Source: an uncultured Spirochaetales bacterium | GTDB lineage: Bacteria; Spirochaetota; Spirochaetia; SZUA-6 | NCBI GenBank assembly: GCA_964596425.1 | Contig: CAZQTC010000007.1 | Span: 10,294-74,293, forward strand | Direction of reading: 5' to 3' | Length of the DNA: 64,000 bases | Shown here: piece after piece, positions 38,946 to 49,226 of the stretch | Position numbering within the stretch: the stretch's first letter is position 1 | How the letters are laid out: the number at the start of each line of letters is the position of its first letter | Notes under the pieces: generated by a model | The model's input: only the letters and a program-made list of their open reading frames with translations | Databases searched by the model: none | Told to the model about the DNA's origin: nothing | Position numbers and translations under genes: made by a program

Positions 38946-41579
38946 ATGTTGATTATGAGCGAAGTAAAAAAATTTGTCAACGGAGGAACCACATTGGGAA
39001 TACAGAAGGAAAACACATTCACCCCATATCCAGAAACAGTCAAACTCATACCACCCAAAAGCCCAGACGAATGGCTTATAGAACGAAAGGGATACAGAAA
39101 AGCGGAAAATGGTTACTTTGAAAGTCTCTTTGTCCTCTCTAACGGATACATAGGCATAAGAAACACCCTTGACTTCTCCGACCCAAATATAAAACCAGGG
39201 ATATTCGTAGCTGGGCTTTACGACAATGCACCCGTGGTATTTAGCGAACTGGCCAATCTCCCCTCGTGGTTACGCTGGGAAATCTTTCCGGTTTCTCACT
39301 CTTTCAACTACCAGGACTTCGACTCAGGTGGCTTTACACTACACGAGGGAGAAAAAAACTTCTATCAAGCCCTTGATATGCAAAAAGGTGCATTATATAC
39401 ATCCTTTATCCTCACATCCGAGGAAAAATCAGAGAAACAAAAAAAGATATTGGTAGAAACCTTTCAGTTTCCACACACCCTGAAGAAGGAACTATACCTA
39501 TCCATTATCAATATCACCCCGCTCAATTTTACGGGGAAAATTTCAATAAGATTCTTTCTGGAAAACAATTCCCACAATGAGGGACTCTATCCATGGCTAC
39601 ACATACACCACCTCAAAACGGAGGAGATAGGATTTCTAAACCTACCACCAGAGAGCTCGGGAGAAGACTCTCAATACAAAGGGGTATACCTATTGTCAAA
39701 GACTCGGGTCACAGAGAAACAACTCCTTCAATGCTCCATTACCATGCCCTACCCAACCCCGGCTACCCGGAATGTTAACTATAGGAGAGGGTACTCAAAA
39801 GCGGGGGTATGGGAAGAGATGTTACTCAATATGAAAGAGGGAAAAACCTACCCCTTTTGCAGATTAGTCTTTAACAAAATCTTACCGGAATCTTCCGGCG
39901 AAAAGATTCTTACAGAACTTCCGGGGGAGAGAACAAAGAAAACTCCCCGGGAAGACCCTCGGAGAAACCTAAAAAACGACGTGGAAGAATTTTCAAAATT
40001 GCTCAGTATCGATATTCAAAAACTCATTACATCCCATACAGAGAAATGGAAAGAAAAATGGGAGAAGGCATGGATATACCTGGAAGGGGATAGTAAATCA
40101 CTCGAGGCAGTCAGATTTAGCACCTTCCAACTTTTACAGGCATACGATGAAAAAAGCCCCCTTACAAGTATCCCGGCAAAGGGGCTCACCGGAGAGGGTT
40201 ACAAGGGACATATATTCTGGGATACCGAAATTTTCATGCTTCCGTTTTACCTATACACAAATCCCGAAGCCGCCAAAAGGCTCTTACTCTACAGAGTAAA
40301 AAGACTTAACACTGCAAAGGAAAATGCCCAAAAAACGGGCACCCAAGGGGCTCGCTTCCCCTGGGAATCCGCCGAGAGTGGCAAAGAGGTAACTCCCTAT
40401 GAAATTTATGATTTTGTGGATGAAAAAACCTACTTCATATACACGGGGAAAGAGGAACTTCATGTGACAGCCGACATAGCCTATGCGGTTATCCAGTACT
40501 ACAATGCAACAGGCGACAGAGAATTTTTACTTCACAACGGTCTTCCCTTACTAATTGAAACCGCAAGGTTCTGGGCCAGTAAAACAGAATGGGACGATAC
40601 AAAAAAAGCATTTGTCATAAAAAAAGTCATAGGCCCGGATGAATTTCATGAACATGTCGACAACAGTTTCTTTACCAATTTTATGGCGGCATGGAACCTC
40701 GAAGTGGCTGCCCAAACTGTGGAAGAGATGAAAAATTTTACTGACATAGAAGTGAAAGCAAAAGAATTACAACATTGGAAACATATAGCTGAGAATATCT
40801 ATCTTCCCACTTCAAACGACGGGATACTCGAGGAATTTGAAGGATACTTCGAACTTGAAAACGTAACAATAAAAGATTGGGATTCTAATTCTATGCCCAT
40901 AATTCCGGAAGAAGTCAAAGAGAGAGTAGAAAAAACTCAGCTTATAAAGCAGGGGGATGTGGTGCTTTTGTTTCACCTACACCCAAACAAATTCAAACCA
41001 GAGACTATAAAGAAAAATTTCCTATACTACGAGGCCAGAACAACCCATAATTCCTCCCTGAGTCCGATGGTATACGCTATAGTCGGACTAAAAATAGGAA
41101 TAGAAGATCTGGCTCTCAAAAATTTCCTGAGAACCTCCAGGGTAGATCTTGACAACAATCAGGGCAACATTCAATTAGGGCTCCATCTCGCCGCATGCGG
41201 TGGCACATGGCAGGCGGTAGTAAACGGATTTGCAGGGGTATCCGCTACCCAGGAGAAAATAGAGATCAACCCAAGACTTCCAGAATCATGGCACCTATTA
41301 GAATTCAGACTCAATTGGAGAGCAAATACATTAAAAATAGAAATAACACAGGAGGCAACAAGAGTGGAGTTAGAAAACTCTTCCGGGCAAACTCCTAAAA
41401 TAAAGCAGAGAGTCCCACAGGATTGGATACTACAGAATCCAGAGAGAATTCCCGTAGTTGTTAGCGGGGTTCAATACCTCTTAGACGAAAAGAACAGGGC
41501 AATTCTGGCTAAAAACCCCGTAAAAACCGGAATGCTGAAAAATAAAAACCAAAAACTTGACACCAAATATGAAAAATGA
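38946..41579 (+). CDS. Glycoside hydrolase family 65 disaccharide phosphorylase (maltose/kojibiose/trehalose phosphorylase type)
   Basis: GH65 catalytic signature GEGYKGHIFWDTEIFMLPFY, with the general-acid Glu in WDTE. It has (alpha/alpha)6 barrel-sized C-terminal two-thirds and a long N-terminal beta-sandwich region with insertions. The start is shifted to the ATG at 38946, because the operator palindrome overlaps 38919. Confidence 0.8.
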   Translation: MLIMSEVKKFVNGGTTLGIQKENTFTPYPETVKLIPPKSPDEWLIERKGYRKAENGYFESLFVLSNGYIGIRNTLDFSDPNIKPGIFVAGLYDNAPVVFSELANLPSWLRWEIFPVSHSFNYQDFDSGGFTLHEGEKNFYQALDMQKGALYTSFILTSEEKSEKQKKILVETFQFPHTLKKELYLSIINITPLNFTGKISIRFFLENNSHNEGLYPWLHIHHLKTEEIGFLNLPPESSGEDSQYKGVYLLSKTRVTEKQLLQCSITMPYPTPATRNVNYRRGYSKAGVWEEMLLNMKEGKTYPFCRLVFNKILPESSGEKILTELPGERTKKTPREDPRRNLKNDVEEFSKLLSIDIQKLITSHTEKWKEKWEKAWIYLEGDSKSLEAVRFSTFQLLQAYDEKSPLTSIPAKGLTGEGYKGHIFWDTEIFMLPFYLYTNPEAAKRLLLYRVKRLNTAKENAQKTGTQGARFPWESAESGKEVTPYEIYDFVDEKTYFIYTGKEELHVTADIAYAVIQYYNATGDREFLLHNGLPLLIETARFWASKTEWDDTKKAFVIKKVIGPDEFHEHVDNSFFTNFMAAWNLEVAAQTVEEMKNFTDIEVKAKELQHWKHIAENIYLPTSNDGILEEFEGYFELENVTIKDWDSNSMPIIPEEVKERVEKTQLIKQGDVVLLFHLHPNKFKPETIKKNFLYYEARTTHNSSLSPMVYAIVGLKIGIEDLALKNFLRTSRVDLDNNQGNIQLGLHLAACGGTWQAVVNGFAGVSATQEKIEINPRLPESWHLLEFRLNWRANTLKIEITQEATRVELENSSGQTPKIKQRVPQDWILQNPERIPVVVSGVQYLLDEKNRAILAKNPVKTGMLKNKNQKLDTKYEK

Positions 41580-41593
41580 TTTAATTAATTATA

Positions 41594-41617
41594 GTTTTCC
41601 AAAGCGCTTTGGAAAAC
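41594..41617. promoter_or_regulatory. Perfect 24-bp palindrome GTTTTCCAAAGCGCTTTGGAAAAC between GH65 and lacI. A candidate LacI-family operator, and possibly also a terminator hairpin.
   Basis: Verified as a perfect inverted repeat. It sits 15 bp after the GH65 stop and 29 bp before the LacI gene. Confidence 0.5.
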
Positions 41618-41645
41618 GTACAAAGATCAAGATCGGCTAAGGCCC

Positions 41646-42650
41646 ATGATAAAACTATCTGATATCGCAAAAGAACTTAATCTTTCACTCACAACAGTCT
41701 CTAGAGCTCTAAATAATTACAGTGATGTGAGTCCAAAAACCCGAAAACTTGTTTTAGAAACAGCAAAAAGGTTGGGTTATATACCAAACCTATCTGCAAG
41801 GGGGCTTGCTCTTAGAAAGAATCACCTGGTGAGTCTTTTCTATTACGATTATGTTAACGCGGGCCCCTATCAACCATTCACCTTTGAGGTTATAGCGGGC
41901 ATTAGAAAATTTTTCAGTAATACCTCCTATGATCTCATAATGATTCCGGAAACGAGAAGAGGGAGAAAGCCGGAATCTCTAAAAAACATCTGTTACTCCA
42001 GGGGAATAGACGGGCTAATCATCCTTGGCATTCTCACAGACGATCCCTACCTGGACGAGCTAAGGAGTGATTTCATCCCGGCAGTATTTCTAGACTATCC
42101 AATGGTCGGAAAGAAAACCTCCTATGTAGAATCGGATAACATACGGGGATGCAAATTGGCAATTGACTACCTAGTCTCTCAGGGTCACACACGAATTGCC
42201 TTCATAAACGGCCACGATCTGGCTGCTGTCACCCCCGTTAGGCTAAAGGGTTATAAAGAGGGACTTGAAAAGCACAACATAGAGTACGACCCCGAAATTG
42301 TTGAAACGGGTGACTATACTGAGAGAAGCGGATACATAGCAGCCAGAAACCTGTTGCTCAAGAAGAAAGGGATTACCGCCATCTTTGCCGCATCCGATCT
42401 CATGGCAATAGGAGCCATACGAGGCCTAAACGATATCGGACTTAAGGTCCCTGATGACGTAGCTGTGGTTGGGTTCGACGATATACTTCTAGCCGAATAT
42501 TTTCAACCAAGGCTTACAACAATCAGACAGCACAAATTTGAACTGGGTTTCCAGGCTGCAGCGGAACTTCACTGCATAATGGAAAAGCCGGAATACATCC
42601 CCAAGGTAAGAAGGATAAAGGTAGAGCTTATAATAAGAGATTCCGCATGA
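41646..42650 (+). CDS. LacI-family transcriptional regulator
   Basis: N-terminal HTH MIKLSDIAKELNLSLTTVSRALNN, with a periplasmic-binding-fold effector domain. Confidence 0.9.
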   Translation: MIKLSDIAKELNLSLTTVSRALNNYSDVSPKTRKLVLETAKRLGYIPNLSARGLALRKNHLVSLFYYDYVNAGPYQPFTFEVIAGIRKFFSNTSYDLIMIPETRRGRKPESLKNICYSRGIDGLIILGILTDDPYLDELRSDFIPAVFLDYPMVGKKTSYVESDNIRGCKLAIDYLVSQGHTRIAFINGHDLAAVTPVRLKGYKEGLEKHNIEYDPEIVETGDYTERSGYIAARNLLLKKKGITAIFAASDLMAIGAIRGLNDIGLKVPDDVAVVGFDDILLAEYFQPRLTTIRQHKFELGFQAAAELHCIMEKPEYIPKVRRIKVELIIRDSA

Positions 42651-42743
42651 AGAAAAAAAATCAGGAGAGAAAGGAGGTGATGAAGGGAAGTTAGGCCAAA
42701 GAGTAAATGCAAGTTACACAATCTTAAACAAAGGGAGGTAGAA

Positions 42744-44054
42744 ATGAGAAAGATTCTCATCCTTTTAATTTCGTTTTTTCTTGTTGTAAGCGTTTCCTCC
42801 GTATTTGCAGGGGGGAAACAGGAAGAAAAACCCTCAGCAAAAACAGCTACTGTATCGGCAGGGGCACAACCAACCAGTTTTAAAAAAATTCCCGTAACAA
42901 AAAAGGTAACCATTGTGTTCTCCGGCTGGGGGGATCAGACAGAACAAAAGATTTACAGGGATTCAATTGTTAGATTCAACAAGATTTATCCCAACATCAA
43001 GGTAGATTACCAACCGATACCGGCTGATTTTCAAACAAAAATAAAGGCAATGATGGCCGGAGGAACCGCACCGGATGTCTTTTATGTGGACGATCAGCTT
43101 ATGACCGCTCTTGGAAGAACGGGCCAACTACTCCCGCTGGACAACTACATGAAACAGGCAGGCGTTTCACGAAAGGATTTTATTACTGAGCTTCTAAAGA
43201 TTTTTACCTACAAGAATAAAACCTACGGGTTACCAAAAGACTGGGGAACACTGGGATTGGTTTATCTGCCGGAGGCATTCACCGCTGCCGGGATACCCGA
43301 ACCCAACGATAACTGGAACTGGGATAATCTATTCGAGGCTGCGAAAAAAATTGCCAAAAACACCAAATTCGCGGGTTTCATCCAGAACCCGGATTGGGCA
43401 AGATTCGCTCCGTGGGCATTCGAGGCCGGAGGCTCGTATACCAATGCGGATTATACAAAGGCAACCCTTGACACACCGGAGATCAAAAAGGCCGCATCTT
43501 ACATACTCAACATGAAAAAAGCTGGTGCGCTTGTAACGAGTTCCGATGTAGGCGCCTCATGGGCGGGTGAAGCTATTGGAAAGAAGGTAGTTGCTATGAC
43601 CTACGAAGGCGGTTGGATGGTTAACTTTATGCGCCAGAATTACCCCAACGTAAAATGGAAAGCAGCCAAAGTTGTCAAGGGCTTAAACGGAGTCCGTTCC
43701 GATGTTATATTTACCAACGCGATAGGTGTTAATGCCAATACAAAGTATCCTACGGCCTCCGCTGTTTTTACAATATTCGTAACAAGCCGGGAGAATCAGG
43801 CTGAGATCGTAAAGACCGGTTTCGCATATTCAACTCATCCTGATCAGATCAACCTTATTCAGAATCCCAACGACAAAGAAATTGCCGCAGGAGGGCTTGT
43901 GGGAAAGGTCGCCTACTGGGGCCCAAACACGGGAAAGATTAACGACCAGGTTAGCAAGGCTCTGGAAAGAATCTACCTAGGGGTACAGACGGTGGATCAA
44001 TCCTTTGCAGAGGCCAACAAAAAGGTTAACGAAATTCTCTCGGGTAACGAATAG
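42744..44054 (+). CDS. Sugar ABC transporter substrate-binding protein (SBP family 1), lipoprotein or secreted
   Basis: Signal peptide with VSSVFAGGKQE (compare the paralogue at 53209). Family-1 SBP length and motifs. Confidence 0.85.
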   Translation: MRKILILLISFFLVVSVSSVFAGGKQEEKPSAKTATVSAGAQPTSFKKIPVTKKVTIVFSGWGDQTEQKIYRDSIVRFNKIYPNIKVDYQPIPADFQTKIKAMMAGGTAPDVFYVDDQLMTALGRTGQLLPLDNYMKQAGVSRKDFITELLKIFTYKNKTYGLPKDWGTLGLVYLPEAFTAAGIPEPNDNWNWDNLFEAAKKIAKNTKFAGFIQNPDWARFAPWAFEAGGSYTNADYTKATLDTPEIKKAASYILNMKKAGALVTSSDVGASWAGEAIGKKVVAMTYEGGWMVNFMRQNYPNVKWKAAKVVKGLNGVRSDVIFTNAIGVNANTKYPTASAVFTIFVTSRENQAEIVKTGFAYSTHPDQINLIQNPNDKEIAAGGLVGKVAYWGPNTGKINDQVSKALERIYLGVQTVDQSFAEANKKVNEILSGNE

Positions 44055-44117
44055 GCGCAGAGAAGAGACAGGAAGGGGCCATCCTCCCTGTCTCTCTCAC
44101 CTTAAAGTAGAACAAAG

Positions 44118-45143
44118 ATGCAAAGAAAATTGACATTTAGGATAATAACAAAACATCAATCACTCAGTCAAATGAAGCGAAGGGAAGAGGTAGCTGCTTA
44201 CATTTTTATTTCACCCTACCTTATTTCCGCACTGATATTCACCGTAGGACTGTTAGCATTTGCCCTCTACATCAGCCTCTGTAAGTGGAACATATTCACT
44301 TCACCCCACTATGTTGGATTAAAAAACTATCTTAAAATATTCAAATCAAAAGAGTTTATTAGAGCCCTCTTTAACATTTTCTGGTACTCACTTATCGTTG
44401 TCACATTTCAGACCATAATAGCCATGCTTATGGCAACCCTTTTAAACAAACCTATCCCGGGTTCCAGTTTTTTCAGAACCTTCTTCTACGCCCCAAGTGT
44501 AACCTCCAGCGTTGTCATTTCAATGATTTTCTGGTGGTTGTACCTAAAAACAGGATTTCTAAACCTTGCAATAGGTAAAATTTTTCTCCTATTCCATGCA
44601 CATTGGAAGAATATCGACTGGCTAAACGACCCAAGGGGACTATTTCAGCTAATAGCAGGGGCATTTGATAAAAAGATAAATTATTCGGAGTGGTATTTCA
44701 CGGGTCCAAGTATAACCTGGATGGCTATTATGTTTCAGGCTATATATACAACCTCTCCGACATTCATGATCATGTTTCTGGCAGCACTACAGAACATCCC
44801 CTCTTCCCTCTACGAATCTGCATCGATTGACGGTGCATCCCAGTGGACTCAATTTATCCGTATAACCGTTCCTCTGCTCAGGCCGGTCATCATGATGGTT
44901 GTGGTACTCGGGACAATCGGGACCCTTCAATTGTTCGACTATGTAAAAATAATGACGGCAGGGGGGCCGCTCGGAACCACCATGGTTCCCGTATATCTGA
45001 TATACAGGGAAACACTGGGTACGGAGGGACCAATTAGAGCCGGTTATGGGGCGGCGATGGCATTTATACTGGCGGCAATTATCTTTATATTCACCTACCT
45101 TCAGCGAAGGTTCATCGAAAAAGGCACGGAACGCTACTATTGA
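44118..45143 (+). CDS. Sugar ABC transporter permease (MalF/UgpA-like)
   Basis: Six TM helices. EAA-loop region IDGASQWTQFIRITVPLLRPV. The start may be the internal Met at 44178. Confidence 0.85.
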   Translation: MQRKLTFRIITKHQSLSQMKRREEVAAYIFISPYLISALIFTVGLLAFALYISLCKWNIFTSPHYVGLKNYLKIFKSKEFIRALFNIFWYSLIVVTFQTIIAMLMATLLNKPIPGSSFFRTFFYAPSVTSSVVISMIFWWLYLKTGFLNLAIGKIFLLFHAHWKNIDWLNDPRGLFQLIAGAFDKKINYSEWYFTGPSITWMAIMFQAIYTTSPTFMIMFLAALQNIPSSLYESASIDGASQWTQFIRITVPLLRPVIMMVVVLGTIGTLQLFDYVKIMTAGGPLGTTMVPVYLIYRETLGTEGPIRAGYGAAMAFILAAIIFIFTYLQRRFIEKGTERYY

Positions 45144-45185
45144 GACTAACGGGATGGGAAGATAAAAAGAGAGGTCCAAAAAACA

Positions 45186-46079
45186 ATGAAAGAAAATGTA
45201 CTTACCATCAATAGGAACATAAATGAACCTAAAGGGAAACCCCCGGTATACTATATAAAGCTGGGGTTTAAATATCTTTTACTGGTTCTTATATCCCTTT
45301 TGCTCTTCTTCCCATTTATCCTTGCCTTCTTCGGAACCCTTAAGTCCAATGCCGAGATAACAGCGTGGCCCCCAAAGGTACTCCCCTCCCACTGGTTATG
45401 GATAAACTGGGTAAAAACATGGAAAACCGACCTCGGCAGAGGGGGAACCTTCCCTCGCTGGATATTTAATACCGCTTTTCTCTCAGTCGTAATCGCGTCC
45501 CTTCAGGTGGTTTTCTGTTCGATGGCCGCGTATGCATTTGCTCGCCTGCGTTTTAGGGGAAAGGAATTGATATTTACCTTCATGATCTCCTCTATGATGC
45601 TCCCTGGTGTCGTAACCCTGGTTCCAAAGTATGTAATGATGGCAAAGCTAAAGCTAATAAACACATACTGGAGCCTCATCCTACCGGGAGCGGTTGAGGC
45701 ATTCGGGATATTTCTCCTTACCCAGTACTTTAAATCCATCCCCCACGAACTCGAAGAGGCTTGTATGATTGATGGGGCAAGCTACTTTAAAATTTACAGG
45801 ACAGTGGTGCTTCCCCTATCACGCCCCGCACTCTTAACACTCTACATCCTGAAATTCCAGGCCACATGGAACAACTTTCTCGATCCTCTCCTCTATCTGA
45901 ATAGGGTTAACATGTGGACTCTAAATGTCGCCCTTATGACATTCCAGCAGCAGTACAAAGCCCAGTGGAATCTCACCTTAGTAGGGGCAATGTTTAATGC
46001 AATACCAGTCCTCGTTATCTTTTTCTTCTTTAGTAAGTACTATATAGAAGGAGTCTCCTTTAGCGGGCTCAAGGAGTAA
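45186..46079 (+). CDS. Sugar ABC transporter permease (MalG/UgpE-like)
   Basis: Six TM helices. EAA loop IDGASYFKIYRTVVLPLSRPA. Confidence 0.85.
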   Translation: MKENVLTINRNINEPKGKPPVYYIKLGFKYLLLVLISLLLFFPFILAFFGTLKSNAEITAWPPKVLPSHWLWINWVKTWKTDLGRGGTFPRWIFNTAFLSVVIASLQVVFCSMAAYAFARLRFRGKELIFTFMISSMMLPGVVTLVPKYVMMAKLKLINTYWSLILPGAVEAFGIFLLTQYFKSIPHELEEACMIDGASYFKIYRTVVLPLSRPALLTLYILKFQATWNNFLDPLLYLNRVNMWTLNVALMTFQQQYKAQWNLTLVGAMFNAIPVLVIFFFFSKYYIEGVSFSGLKE

Positions 46080-46101
46080 ACCTTTTAAGAGATTTTAACA
46101 C

Positions 46102-46449
46102 CTAAAGGGTAATTACTCTCTTATTACTCTTAAGATACTCAGTAAAGGTTGTGCCCATATATTTAACTTCTATTCCCAACCTCTCGAGCTCATCGGAAAC
46201 ACCATACATATCGCTACATGCCTTACACGCCTCAAGCTTTACACCGACCTCTCCCATCTTCACTATATACTCTTTTAACTCCTCGTCCTCGCTGAGCAGT
46301 TTAGCCGAGGGTCCCCACACAATTAACGTAATCTCCCTCCACCATCCCCTCTCTTTAGCATTAAATGTGTACATAAAAACCATCTTCAATGCTACTTCTC
46401 TCTCCCCGCTTGCCCAGAGAACTATTAACTCGTTCGAATTATCAGCCAT
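46102..46449 (-). CDS. DsrE/DsrF-like (YchN-fold) small protein
   Basis: Conserved Cys-containing segment LEACKACSDMYGV, and a DsrE-like beta-alpha-beta core. The start is placed at the internal Met MADNS, which is preceded by GGGGGAGG-N5. Confidence 0.45.
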   Translation of the reverse strand: MADNSNELIVLWASGEREVALKMVFMYTFNAKERGWWREITLIVWGPSAKLLSEDEELKEYIVKMGEVGVKLEACKACSDMYGVSDELERLGIEVKYMGTTFTEYLKSNKRVITL

Positions 46450-46594
46450 AGGCTGCCTCCCCCTAAAATTAATCGGAAGATACATCTCGCATCAATCTAA
46501 GCAATAAGTATAACTTTAGTATGAACCACTCTCCATATTCTAGCCTTCAATTTTTTACCTTGCAAATAATAATTTTATAATTATCATACAACCA

Positions 46595-47950
46595 ATGCTA
46601 AAAGACAATCTCAAGAGAATAATTGTACTGGGGACCCCCCTACTCGCAAGCCAATTCGCCGATTACCTACTACAACTGGCAGACACAATAATGGTAGGGA
46701 AACTGGGTACAAAACCCCTGGCAGCAATTGCCATTGCCGTACTACTTACCGGAATTTTCTTTGTCCTCGTATGGCCGGTAACGGTAGGAACCCAGACTCT
46801 AGCATCCAGAAGGTACGGTAAACAAACCGAGGATATAGCACTTGCCCCTCAGACAGGAATGGTGCTAACACAATCATTTGCCGTTTCAGTGGTATTCGGT
46901 ACGGGGAGTTTTATCCTCGCTTTTTTCTCAAAACCCCTGCTAGGACTACTACTAAAGGACGAATCGCTTATAAACCTTGCTCTGGCCTATATAAACATTC
47001 TAAAGTGGGTATTACCGGTAGTAGGACTATATGCCTCGGTTACGGGATTCCTTGCAGCAATTAATAAAACCACAATAATAATGATAGCCACTATTGGGGC
47101 AAATCTCCTTAACGTCTTTTTCAACTACGTTCTAATATTCGGGAAATTCGGTTTTCCCGCTATGGGGATTGGGGGCGCTGCCCTTGGTACGGTGCTTGCT
47201 CAGAGCCTCGGATTCATCTACCTGATATCATACATCGCACTCTCACCAACAATGAAACAGTACCACTGTTTCAAAAAGCCAAAACTCAACAAAAACACAA
47301 TAGTAGGAATAGTAAAAGCCTCTACCCCTATTATGGCACAAAACTTTGTCGCACTCCTCATATATCTCATTTATGAATCGATAATAGGCAACATAGGAGC
47401 CCTATACCTCGCAGCGACTCACATTGTTTTCTCACTATTTAACATAAACAAAACCATCGTCGGAGGTTTCGCACGAGGAACATCAATCCTTGTAGGAAAT
47501 GCTTTAGGTAGAGACGAGAAGGACAGAGCCGTTACACTTACCCTTACATGCGAGTTAATCGCTTTTGTTATCGGGCTTGCCGTTGTTGTTTCTACTCTCT
47601 CCATGCCGGTTACAATAGTGAAAATATTCAATAAAGATCCCAAGACTATAACAATGGGAATAAAAGCCCTCTATTTCTTTGCTGCTTTTTTCTTCGTAGA
47701 GATAATGGGTTTTTCATTCGAGATAATATTTGCAAATAATGGATGGGGAAGATACGTACTATTCTCTGAGTTCACAACAAACATGGTATTTATACTGGGC
47801 GCAACACTGTTATTCACGCGGGTTTTTAATATGGGTATAACGGGAGCATGGCTTGGATTCGCCCTCTATCAGGTCTTTCACGCCCTCATACTCAGCATTG
47901 GGTTTATATCCAAAAGATGGCTCCATATAGAGGTAGAAGCAAGAGAGTAA
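46595..47950 (+). CDS. MATE-family multidrug/sodium efflux transporter
   Basis: Twelve TM helices with a MATE N-terminal signature (IIVLGTPLLASQFADYLLQLADTIMVGKLG). Confidence 0.85.
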   Translation: MLKDNLKRIIVLGTPLLASQFADYLLQLADTIMVGKLGTKPLAAIAIAVLLTGIFFVLVWPVTVGTQTLASRRYGKQTEDIALAPQTGMVLTQSFAVSVVFGTGSFILAFFSKPLLGLLLKDESLINLALAYINILKWVLPVVGLYASVTGFLAAINKTTIIMIATIGANLLNVFFNYVLIFGKFGFPAMGIGGAALGTVLAQSLGFIYLISYIALSPTMKQYHCFKKPKLNKNTIVGIVKASTPIMAQNFVALLIYLIYESIIGNIGALYLAATHIVFSLFNINKTIVGGFARGTSILVGNALGRDEKDRAVTLTLTCELIAFVIGLAVVVSTLSMPVTIVKIFNKDPKTITMGIKALYFFAAFFFVEIMGFSFEIIFANNGWGRYVLFSEFTTNMVFILGATLLFTRVFNMGITGAWLGFALYQVFHALILSIGFISKRWLHIEVEARE

Positions 47951-47993
47951 CAGATACCAAAAAGTATAAGGTTTACTTATCACTTACTATATA

Positions 47994-49226
47994 TTAAACA
48001 AATTTCACTACATCTGACTCTGAATCCTTTAGAAACTCCTGTATATGAAGAGAGGCAGCTCCAAGAGCTATGGCTATCCTACCAAGATCGGAAATTTCTA
48101 TAGGAACGGATTCCTTGGTATAGTAGAGGGCTCGCTTGTCTACCTCGGTTCTTATTGGATTTAACAGTAATCTCCCCGCTTGAGAAAGATTACCACTAAG
48201 CACTATTTTTTCCGGATCGAAGAGTTTTATCAAATTTGCAATTTGAACACCAAGTATCTTTGCCATCTCCGTGATCAATTCTATAGAGAAAATATCACCG
48301 CCAAGTGCCGCATTTACTATAATTTCCTCATTTATCATCTCAATATCCCCCTTGACCAACTCTACAAGTTTGGTTTTTTCCCCCGCTCTAATCCTATCTT
48401 TGGCTTTTCTGGAAAGGGCGTGTCCAGACGCAAGCGTTTCGAGACACCCTCGTTTACCGCAGTAACAGAGATCCCCGTCTTCCTTCACCGTTATATGTCC
48501 AAGCTCGAAATTCCCATGGGCACCTGTTTGAATCACTCCCCCCATTATTACCCCCATCCCAATACCCCAGGCAAGATTTATACACAGCCCATCCCTTATT
48601 CCCCTGAGCTTACCAAACCATTTTTCCGCACTTGTCATTAATCTCGCGTCTTTTTCTATCAACACAGGCAGTCCCATATAACTTGCAAGCCTCTCCTCCA
48701 TTTCCCGAAGGACACGAGAATCGTTTTCATTGGTAGCAGAAAACTGCCTCGCAAGATCCCCCGTAAATCCAAAGCCTACTCCACGAAGGTTCTCTTTTGG
48801 AATACCCTTAGCAGCTAGATAACCTTCAAGGTAGGTAAGCGTACTTTCTGCCAAACCCTTAAGAGGTTCTTCACTTGTCAGAATCTCCCTACTCCTAACA
48901 GTACCCTCATGCACAATCTCGTTTTCTATATTAACAATCACCAAAGTATTATGGGCATGGCCCACCTCAACCCCAGCAAAGAGGAGTTTCTCCTTATTTA
49001 ATCTGTATAACGTGGGTCTTCTTCCCCCTGTTGATGTCCCAGGGCCCAGTTCTGTTATAATATCCTCTTTTTGAAGCTGCGAAAGAAGAGAACTCACAGT
49101 GGGATAGTTAGACGAAAGCCGTTTAGATATCTCGGCTATAGAAATGGGTTCGCCAGCCTCAACCAACGTTTTTAGAATCAATTTCTTTCTCAGACGTTGC
49201 TTTACAGCTACTCTATCCTCATTCAT
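47994..49226 (-). CDS. ROK-family transcriptional regulator (N-terminal wHTH + ROK sugar-kinase-like domain)
   Basis: HTH (ISIAEISKRLSSNYPTVSSLLSQL). ROK zinc motif CYCGKRGCLETLAS. It overlaps the upstream DUF5107-like gene by 8 bp. Confidence 0.85.
   Translation of the reverse strand: MNEDRVAVKQRLRKKLILKTLVEAGEPISIAEISKRLSSNYPTVSSLLSQLQKEDIITELGPGTSTGGRRPTLYRLNKEKLLFAGVEVGHAHNTLVIVNIENEIVHEGTVRSREILTSEEPLKGLAESTLTYLEGYLAAKGIPKENLRGVGFGFTGDLARQFSATNENDSRVLREMEERLASYMGLPVLIEKDARLMTSAEKWFGKLRGIRDGLCINLAWGIGMGVIMGGVIQTGAHGNFELGHITVKEDGDLCYCGKRGCLETLASGHALSRKAKDRIRAGEKTKLVELVKGDIEMINEEIIVNAALGGDIFSIELITEMAKILGVQIANLIKLFDPEKIVLSGNLSQAGRLLLNPIRTEVDKRALYYTKESVPIEISDLGRIAIALGAASLHIQEFLKDSESDVVKFV

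Noticed and set aside
44787-45179. 130-aa minus-strand ORF
   Set aside because: It is antisense within the MalF-like permease gene, and its composition is Cys/His/Arg/Pro-rich. It is a shadow ORF.
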